Of a stretch of 64,000 nucleotides of DNA, positions 54,560-64,000 are shown piece by piece. The stretch spans positions 103,044,001 to 103,108,000 of the forward strand of contig OZ024745.1 in the NCBI GenBank assembly GCA_964016885.1, given 5' to 3'. This stretch comes from Eledone cirrhosa (taxonomy: Eukaryota). The notes under the pieces were generated by a model. It was not told the DNA's origin, made no database searches, and worked only from the letters and a program-made list of their open reading frames with translations. Position 1 is the first letter of the stretch. Every line of letters begins with the position of its first letter. The translations under genes and the position numbers were made by a program.

Positions 54560-56306
54560 GCAGTTTGGGTTTGTGTCAGGTAAAAGTACCACAGACGCTC
54601 TTTTCCTTGTATGACAACTACAGGAGAAGTACCTAGCTAAAAGTAAACCCCTCTACTTAGCTTTTGTAGACCTGGAGAAAGTCTTTGACAGAGTCCCCCA
54701 CTCCATTATCTGGTGGGCTCTTAGAAAGCTAGTTGTAGATGAATGGCTTGTGAGAGCTATACAAGCCATGTATAAAGAAACAGTCAGTAAGGTTAGAATT
54801 AACAATGAATATTGTGAAGAATTTAGTGTAAAAGTTGGTGTTCATCAAGGCTCTGTCCTTAGCCCCCTCCTATTTATTATTGCCCTTCAGGCTATAACAG
54901 AGGAGTTTAAGACCGGCTGCCCATGGGAACTCCTATACACAGATGATCTAACTCTCAAAGCTGAATCTATGGCTGAACTAGAGAAGAAATTCCAAACATG
55001 GAAGCATGGCCTAGAATCAAAAGGTGTTAAAGTTAACTTGTCTAAGACTAAAGTTTTAGTTTGTAGAAAGGAAAATAGGGCACAGGTGCCCTTAGGGAAA
55101 TGGCCATGCTCACTCTGTAGGAAAGGCGTAGGCAGAAATTCCATTTTATGTGCCAAATGCAAACTATGGGTACATAAAAGATGTAGTGGGATCATGGGTA
55201 AACTATCTAAGAACGTAGATTTTATATGTGGCCGATGCTCAGGTCCAATAAGTAGCAAGTGCCCACAGGATACTAGTTCTTTCTATTGCCCAGATGATTC
55301 TATAGAAATAGTGGACACTTTCCGTTACCTGGGTGACAAATTCAGCAGTGGTGGAGGATGCTCTGAAAGTACAGAAGCCAGAGTGAAAACGGGATGGAAA
55401 AAGTTCAGAGAGCTTATACTGCTGTCGGCCACAAAAGTTTTCTCTCTAAAAATGAAAGGCAGATTGTATGATGCCTGTATATGAACAGCAATGCTACATG
55501 GCAGTGAGACATGGGCATTGCGTGCAGAGGACCTGCGCAGACTGGAAAGGAATGAAGCATGCATGCTCCATTGGATGTGTAATAGTAATATACGTGAACG
55601 GCAAAGCATAAATGAACTAAGTGAGAAATTAGGAATAAGAGGGATCAGATACTGTTTACTTGAGAAAAGACTACATTGTTATGGTCACGTGATGTGTATG
55701 AAAGACAACATCTGTATAAAAAAGTGCAGGGCGATCAAAATTGATGGTAGTTACAGAGTAGGTAGACCCAGAAAAACCTGGGACAATTTAATAAATTCCG
55801 ACCTTACACACTTACACCTCTCCAAGACAATGTCACTGGACCGAGATCTTTGGCGCTATGCAGTAATACAGAAGACCCAACTTGCCTATGTACAAAGCGA
55901 AACCTACAGTCAGTAGGCACCTCTTAACCAAATATAAACCCCCAATCCACTACCCCTACCCTATCCTCCCACTCCCACTAACACCACCCTCTCTCTGTAA
56001 AGTTGGTACCACAACATCCAGTCCAAATAAATGAGATAATGAGATTGAGATCGTGTAGGTGTCATGACAAAAAAATACACAGTCCACGCTGTAATGGGGC
56101 CGTGTAGGTAACACGGTAAAAAGTTCCCAGTTCTACACTGTAAATGTGGTTGGTGTTAGGAAGGGCATCCAATAGTAGAAAACCTGCCAGATAGTCCTAT
56201 ATTAGCAAGACACGGTCACCTGACCAACCTTGCCTCAAGTGGGACAACTCCCATCTAACCCATGTTAGCGTGGAAGATAGATGTTAAACGAAGATGATGA
56301 TGGTGA
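54558..56306 (+). mobile_element. 5'-truncated RTE LINE with premature stops
   Basis: Colinear with 36768-38580; CGA>TGA stops; YTDD; (TGA)n tail; TA flanks. Confidence 0.93.
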
Positions 56307-56389
56307 TTATATATATAGGACCAAAACACTTGCTTGAAGAGGTTTCTTTGAAGACCTTCTGCTGTCCAACTCTCCTGAGAGTTTCTTAC

Positions 56390-56442
<53 letters not shown>

Positions 56443-56457
56443 CACATACATATATAT

Positions 56458-57281
56458 CATCATCATCATCATCACTGTTTAATGTCAATTTTTCCAAGCT
56501 AGCATGAGTTAGATGAGTTGTCCTGTTGTGAGAAATGCTGGGTCAGATGACCATCTCTTGCTTAGATAGAAGTAATTTTGGCTTGGTTTCTACAACTGGT
56601 TACCCTTCCTAATGCCAACCACATTTAAAGTGTGTACTGGTGCTTTTTGTTATGATCTACATGACCACTTTACATTGTGGGCTGGGTGCTTTTTGTCGTG
56701 ACACCCACACAACCACTTTATAGTGTGGGCTGGGTGCTTTTTGTCATGTCACTATCATAACCACTTTACTGTGTGGGCTGGGGACTTTTTTCATGTCACA
56801 ATCATGAACACTTTACAGTCTGGGCTGGGAGCTTTTGTGAGAGAGGTGTTTGGGGATTGGGAAGGTGGGTATTTGGGCGTGTGTGAAGGGCAGAGTGTTA
56901 GGACATGAGAGGTAAGGGAAGGGGGAGTGGGATTAGGTGGAGAACACTAGATGTATGCTTCAGTCTGTGCTCATGCGAGGTGTATGGAAGAGTGGGGTGG
57001 GGATGAAGGTGGTGTATACTATATTTATACTTTAGCGTGTGCTCATGAGAAGGCGGGTCTTCTGTATCACAGCATAACGCCAGAGATCTGAGCCCCGTGT
57101 CAACACCTTTGAGAGGTGCAGTTGAGCAAGGTCAGCTTTTATCATTTCATCTCTAGTCTTCTTGGGTTTTCCTATTTCATAGCTTTCATCAGCTTTCAGC
57201 GCTCTACACATTTTTATACAGCTGTCGTCCTTCATATGCATCACATGTCCATACCAATGCAATCTCCTTTCCTTCGCACTA
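56458..57281 (-). mobile_element. RTE LINE 3' fragment with tandem UTR modules
   Basis: ERRLHWYGHVMHMKDDSCIK...DLWRYAV, then ~47-bp modules and a (TGA)n tail. Confidence 0.85.
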
Positions 57282-57310
57282 CATATATATATATATATAC
57301 ATACATACAT

Positions 57311-57342
<32 letters not shown>

Positions 57343-57839
57343 TTATACATACATGCACACACACATACACATACACATTCACACACACACATATATATAT
57401 ATATACATGTATATATATATATATATATGTGTATAATTGTATGTATGGGTGAAAGTATGTATGTGTATTTTGCTATTAACATGTTTTTTTTATATATGAT
57501 GTTGTTATTATCTCTTTAATATTCCTTTTTCTTTCATACTGACAGGAATTAGCTTAGCTTATATCTACAATAAAGTATTTCCACCTTGCTCAAACCTACT
57601 CTGTTCCCTCTATGTGAAACATCACTCTGAAAACCTAACATCCCCACCATCCCCACGTCTGAAAACCTAACATCCCCACGTCACAGGTGCCTTTGTAATA
57701 TTAAATGTTGTTGATCTACATATCCTTACTAGTAACTAACGTCTAGAAATATAGATAAATAAAAATAATACCTAATTACTTCCTCAGCAATTGTATTTAG
57801 GTTGGCTAATGTTAACATATTTAATGGAGGTAGCATTAA

Positions 57840-58045
57840 CCCTTTAGCATTTACATTACTCTATATATGCTACTGTATTTTCACAGTAAAGGCTTTATTT
57901 CACATAATTATCCTACATAATATCATAGCTATGGGATTTTGATAACAATACCTTAACATCAGTATGAGTGACTGGTTACATTTGGTTTGAAGAGAAAGAG
58001 GTGAGAGAATTCTGACCGGATATGTCTGGTTTAAATGCTAAAGGG
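57840..58045. mobile_element. piggyBac-like MITE
   Basis: TTAA-ccctttagcattt...aaatgctaaaggg-CTAA. Confidence 0.78.
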
Positions 58046-58101
58046 CTAAATGAGTTAACTAAAAATATGTGGTGCAAATAAAAATGTTAAAAACAAATAA
58101 T

Positions 58102-58289
58102 TGTTTCTACTTTAGGCACAAGGCCAGCAATTACCCAGTGTATTACTGGTACTTTATTTTATCGACCCCGTAAGGATGAAAGGCAAAGTTAACCTCGGCG
58201 GGATTTGAACTCAGATCATAAAGGGAGGTAACTCTATGCTTCAAAGCATGGCGCCCGACCCTCTACCGATACTGCCAATCCACCGCCCT
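58102..58289 (-). mobile_element. SINE family A with 20-bp TSD
   Basis: TSD aaatgttaaaaacaaataat (58082-58101 / 58290-58309). Confidence 0.93.
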
Positions 58290-58725
58290 AAATGTTAAAA
58301 ACAAATAATATTAGTCAAAGAATAATATATATTTTTTTCTTTTCTAGCAGCTATGGTAGACAACTCTAGACCTGTTTCTGTCTTATTATGTCTTTATCAG
58401 TAAAACAGATTCTTCACCATGCATAACAAAGTAATGAAGTAATAACCACTCAAAAAATGTAATTCAGAGATAAGATTCATAGATAAGTTAATGCATAATT
58501 AATGCATGGTATTTCTAAAGAGTTAACTAGAGAGAATTACTCAGTAAAGACTGTGTATTCACATGTCTGTTTTTGTATATTTATTAGTATATATATATAT
58601 ATATATATTATGTTTTTACCATGCATATATTACAATGGAATATAAGGGCATATACATTTTTGTGATGTATGTGTGCCTGTATATGTGTATGTGTGTTTTT
58701 CTTAATCATTCAGGCACTGATTAAT

Positions 58726-58830
<105 letters not shown>

Positions 58831-58880
58831 CCATTTCTCTCTATCTATAATATTTATAAATATATATATATTTATCTACC

Positions 58881-58938
<58 letters not shown>

Positions 58939-59025
58939 AAAGCATGTAATAATATACATATCTATGTATTTGATGTGTATGTATGTATAAAATGTTTCTT
59001 TAGTATGTTCATGCAGTAAGCGCGC

Positions 59026-59066
<41 letters not shown>

Positions 59067-59090
59067 TATATACATGCAGTAAGTGAGCAC

Positions 59091-59130
<40 letters not shown>

Positions 59131-59506
59131 GCAGTAAGCGAGCACATGTGTATATATATATATATATATATAAGATGTTTAGACATGTGTAAGTAGTAAA
59201 ACAGCCACAGAAGGCACATGTGGTGTCATGTGCAGCTGGATTAATATGTATGTATTAGAATCATGGCATCATATTGTAATTTGTTGTTACCATGACGACA
59301 GTGCCAACAGAACTTAGTAATGTCAATAACAACAATAAAAAAAAAAAACAGAAGCAATTTCAATAACATTCACAATCTGTCATGAGATATAGAGACATTA
59401 CATGAAGGATATGACAAACAACAACAACATCAACATCAATATCAACTCTTATAAGATACATCAAGAGAAATAACAATGATAAAGAAAAAAAATTAAGTAT
59501 TCAATG

Positions 59507-59542
<36 letters not shown>

Positions 59543-59543
<1 letters not shown>

Positions 59544-59728
59544 TGTTTCTACTTTAGGCACAAGGCCAGCAATTACCCAGTACATTACTGGTACTTTATT
59601 TTATCAACCCCGTAAGGATGAAAGGCAAAGTCAACCTCGGCGGGATTTGAACTCAGATCGTAAAGGGACGTAACTATGCTGGAAAGCATGGCGTCCAACC
59701 CTCTACCGATACTGCCAATCCACCGCCC
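59543..59728 (-). mobile_element. SINE family A inside (AAT)n
   Basis: Full-length copy flanked by AAT repeats. Confidence 0.92.
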
Positions 59729-59766
<38 letters not shown>

Positions 59767-59767
<1 letters not shown>

Positions 59768-60458
59768 CTTTCTTTATTAACCACAAGGGGTAACATAAAG
59801 TAGACATTAAGGACAATACAGGACGGTACAAATGGGCATTTCTGTGTGTAAAAAAAAAAACAGAGGATGTAATAAAAAATAACAATGAAAAATTCCCCAA
59901 TAGGGGGAGACTACCGAGGGACATTTGTGGAGAAAGCCCATTAAAAGGCCACAGTGACCCTGACCACCAGGGCAAGTGCCCTCTCCCAGTTTTCCACCTT
60001 TAATTTACAGACACATACTCAGAGTAGGCCCATTCACTCGGGCCATACTTGCTTCTCTCACCCATCTTTCAACAAAATGCTGGGAAGAGAGCACTTCCCT
60101 CTCTACCCTGATTTTCCTTTTCAAATGAAATTTGAAAAAGTTAATCAGGGCATCACTGAAGAGGTAAGTGCTCGTCTTCAGCCCTTTCAAACGTGTCCAC
60201 CATACTATCTCTTTCGCCATGGCCACCAGACAGATAAAAACTACCTGCCCTTCCCGGTTAAAGGAAGAGGGCGGGGCAATCCTCATGATGGACTCAGCTG
60301 ATAGTTGGATCCGTTCTACATGCAACAGCAGGTGTTCGACATAAACCCACAAGTCAGCAATGCTCGGACACTGGACGAGTGCATGCAGGACGGTTTCGTC
60401 ATCCTGTGCGCATCTCGGACATGCCCGGCTGACGGCACCTCCATGCCTGTAGAGTTTA
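59767..60458 (-). mobile_element. Tx1/L1-type LINE 3' end
   Basis: CPRC-x4-ETVLHALVQC zinc knuckle and W/F-rich C-terminus, stop at ~60005, AATAAA then (ATT)n. Confidence 0.75.
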
Positions 60459-60461
60459 ATA

Positions 60462-62360
60462 AATGGAAAATGACACTCCTTTTGAATGGAAAACGACACT
60501 CCTTTTGAATAGTGAAAAAAAATCACTGGAAGCTGGAGAAGTTAATATTAATTGTGGAATTTTTCAGGGTGACTCTTTATCACCGCTTTTATTCTGCATC
60601 GCACTTATACCATTAAGTAAAATGCTCAATGAAACAAAACATGGATATAAAGTCTATGACAAAACCATTAATCACTTGTTCTACATGGATGACCTGAAAC
60701 TATTTGCAAAAAATAATGAACAATTGCAAGGGCTATTATCCACTGTGGAGCAGTTCAGTGATGACATTAAAATGGAGTTTGGACTAGATAAATGCGCCAA
60801 AGCAACGTTCAGATATTAATCTTGATCGGGGGAATGTGATAAGAGAACTTGATCAAGAGGAAACTTACAAATATCTAGGTGTTTGTGAAGGAGACGGAAT
60901 CAAGCACTCGACAATGAGAGAAAGGATAAGGAAGGAATGTTACCGCAGAGTAAGAGCAATCTTAAGAACGGAATTGAATGCAAGGAATAGGATCGATGCC
61001 ATAAACACGCTTGCCATACCAGTAGTAACCTACAGTTACAATGTCATCAACTGGTCAAGCACAGAGATCTGTAGGCTCGATACAAAAATTAGAAAATTCT
61101 TAACCATGCACAGAATGCATCACCCTAAGGCAGATACAGATAGAATATATCTCCCTAGGAGAGAAGGAGGACGTGGGTTAATCCAGTTAGATATTGTGTT
61201 GAAAACTGCAACAATTGGATTATCTACATATCTAAGGGAATCACATGATTGGATGATCAAACTCGTTTTGAAACACAAAAGCATCAAAAGATCTTCCTCC
61301 ATTACAAAAGATGCACAAAGATACAGTAATGGACTACAAATTTCAGAAGTCCCATTTACTGCTGAAATGGAAAACACAGAAAAAGCAAAGCAGGTAAAAG
61401 TAACTGCAAAGAAAGAACTGCTACAGAAACTGGCTAAGAAATGGCAAGAAAAACCTCTGTATGGAAAATACCCAGAAAGAGCTAACAATCCTGATGTTGA
61501 CAAAACTTTAACCCATCAGTGGTTGTCATCCTCTGGACTGAAATCGGAGACTGAAGGACTGATTATATCAGCAAAAGATCAGTGTCTGCCAACAAAAAAA
61601 TTACCAAGCCAACATAATAAAAAATGGATGCAACCCATTATGCCGTGTATGTAAAAAACAACCAGAGACCATTGATCATATAATTTCAATATGCAGTCCT
61701 ATAGCTCCAACCAAATACCTAAACAGGCATGACAGAGCTGCACAATACATACATTGGATAATGTGTAAGCATTTTGACCTGCCCCATCAAAAGAATTGGT
61801 GGGAGCATCAACCACCTCCCATACTTGAAAAAGATCACATCTCAATCTTGTGGAACTTTAACATCCAAACAGACCGAAAAATAGATGCAAATAGACCTGA
61901 TGTAATACTGAAGGACTTTAAAAAGAGGGTATGCCTGCTAATTGATATGTCCGTTCCAATGTATCTATAAAAACATTTGAAAAATTGAGCAAGTATAAGG
62001 ACCTGGAGATAGAAATTGGAAAAATGTGGAAATTGAAAACTAAAACAATACCAGTGGTTGTAGGCGCTCTAGGAATGATACCTAAGGGGTCTAATGATTA
62101 CTAATCGCAAATCTCAGGAAACCCGCGTATAGGAGAAATACAAAAGATAGTACTAATGGGAACTGCCCATATACTAAGGAAGATTCTGTCAATATAAGTA
62201 CATCACAAGTCTAAAAGATGCATGTGTGTGATTGTATGTTCTTTCTTGAACATGGCAGACCTTGTTGTCTCTTGAGGTCACTGGTTGTGACTTGGTGATA
62301 ACTCGTATGAACATAAAGCAAGATAAATGCAACTATAATAATAAAAACAACAACAACAAC
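60462..62360 (+). mobile_element. 5'-truncated R4/Dong-type (RLE) non-LTR retrotransposon, frameshifted
   Basis: GIFQGDSLSP, YMDDLKLF, YKYLG, GGRGL, CRVC..ETIDHI..C, RHD, RPD..LID..P, K..KY; ORF ends ~62197; TAA/CAA-rich tail. Confidence 0.88.
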
Positions 62361-62996
62361 AACATTACCCACTGCTGCGGGGTAATTTTGATGATAGAAG
62401 ATCAGTCTGAGTATGAAGGAATAATATTAATAATAAAAATATTTGTTTGTTTCTTTATTGGAGCATTATATGAATAAATTATTTAAAAAATTGTGAGGTT
62501 TAAAACTGATAAGAGAATTGATAACAAAAATCCTAGCATAAAAAAAATGCTATATGAAAAAAAAAAAAAAAATGCAATGGTGCCCCAATGGAAAAGAGAT
62601 TGAGATCTAGAGTCAATTAAGGAGCCCCACATATCTAGGATCACTCTGGCTCCCAAGAGAAAAATATTTTTTCCAGCTAATTTTTCCCATATTGCAGGCA
62701 CATACATGTTTAGAGCTTCCACGATGATGTTGATCACGTTTGAAAAAAAGTCCATTGTTTCTGGCTCTAAGGAACTCTTGTGAATGAAGTGTTCACAGAA
62801 CTGTGATTTGGAAATTGGTCTTGTTCAATATACAGAAAAGCTGTAGGTCTGAAGTCTATTCTCTGTACTCAGTAGAAACTATGGTTGTGTATGAAATGCT
62901 ATAGGAAATTAGACAGGCTGATAGAGAAAGAGGACTTCATCTGAAACAGAAGCATAGGTGTATTTAACAGTCAGAGCATCTGAAAATAATGCTGTT

Positions 62997-63308
62997 GCTG
63001 CTGCTACTACTACTACTACTGCCGCCACCACCACCACCACTACTACTACTAACCACCACCACCACTATACTACTACTACTAACCACTACCACTATACTAC
63101 TACTGCTACTACTAACCACCACTATACTACTACTACTACTACTAACCACCACCACTATACTACTACTACTACAATACTACTACTAACCACAACTATACTA
63201 CTACTACGATACTACTACTACAACCACTATACTACTACTACTATTACTACTACTACTACTACTACTACTACTATACTACTACCACCACTATACTACTACT
63301 ACCACCAT
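62997..63308. repeat. (ACT)n/(ACC)n compound microsatellite
   Basis: Low-complexity triplets. Confidence 0.95.
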
Positions 63309-63459
63309 GATGTATTATCAAGAGCCATGGTTTATAAAGAGATGGTACTCTTATCTTATGTTCTTACATGCATATCTGACTGTTGACATTAAGCTTTGTC
63401 TCTGAACAAGACGAATTTTGTTTGCCTAAAGCTACATGGATAAATTTCAAAACATTATT

Positions 63460-63645
63460 TGGATTGGCAGTATCGGTAGGGGGTCGGACGCCATGCTTTG
63501 ATGCATAGAGTTACGGCCCTTGCCATTCTGAGTTCAAATCCCGCCGAGGTTAACTTTACCTTTCATCCTTACGGGGTCGATAAAATAAAGTACCAGTAAT
63601 GTACTGCGTAATTGCTGGCCTTGTGCCAAAAGTAGAAACAATTAT
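63460..63645 (+). mobile_element. SINE family A
   Basis: Near full-length match. Confidence 0.9.
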
Positions 63646-63871
63646 TTTAAGTGATTTCTTTTTTAAAAGTTTTATTTTCATTTATTCATAAATTATTGCA
63701 TGAACCATTAAACAGCATTGACTCTAACTTATGTAAATATCTGTAGTGTTGAAGGTCAAGATCTGTGATATAAATCTGACCACAGCCCTTCTATTGTATT
63801 GCTTATCTACTGACTGTGTAGATGTAAGATTAAAAGCATTTCAATGTAGGCACCATATGTAACTTCACATT

Positions 63872-63979
63872 CTCCAATATAGGCACTGTATATAAGATTA
63901 CAATATCCAATGTAGGCACTGTATATAAGATTACATTATCCAATGTAGGCACTATCTATAAGATTGCATTATCCAATAT
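63872..63979 (+). repeat. ~33-bp minisatellite x3
   Basis: Unit atccaatgtaggcactgtatataagattacatt. Confidence 0.85.
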
Positions 63980-64000
63980 GCTCTTCACTTTTCTTTTGGA

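Noticed and set aside
62958-63386. Thr/His/Tyr-rich ORF
   Set aside because: Compound (ACT)/(ACC) microsatellite.

Overview
AT-rich animal genomic DNA, most likely a coleoid cephalopod (octopus), inferred from the tRNA-derived SINE families, RTE LINEs and very long (TA)n arrays. The only host gene I can support is three spliced + strand exons (5406-5543, 16760-16905, 19834-19993) encoding part of a classical protein tyrosine phosphatase domain. It keeps the catalytic HC-x5-R motif but has WPD changed to WPA. The rest is repeats: an apparently complete Chapaev3-type DNA transposon (38-2230, 12-bp TIRs, TTA TSD), RTE LINE copies with a PHD-like finger after the RT core, an R4/Dong-type and a Tx1/L1-type fragment joined head to head, a Buster-type hAT remnant, two kinds of MITE, two SINE families and many microsatellites. 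The most interesting signal outside the ORF track is a set of non-coding, (TA)n-embedded elements carrying type I hammerhead ribozyme motifs (one intact-looking core at 9285-9348, plus a five-copy family with a GUC site), together with fold-back inversions. These resemble Penelope-like/retrozyme-like mobile RNAs. Most short ORFs in the track are microsatellite artefacts. Repeat boundaries are approximate unless a TSD or TIR is quoted, and family names come from motif recognition, not database searches.
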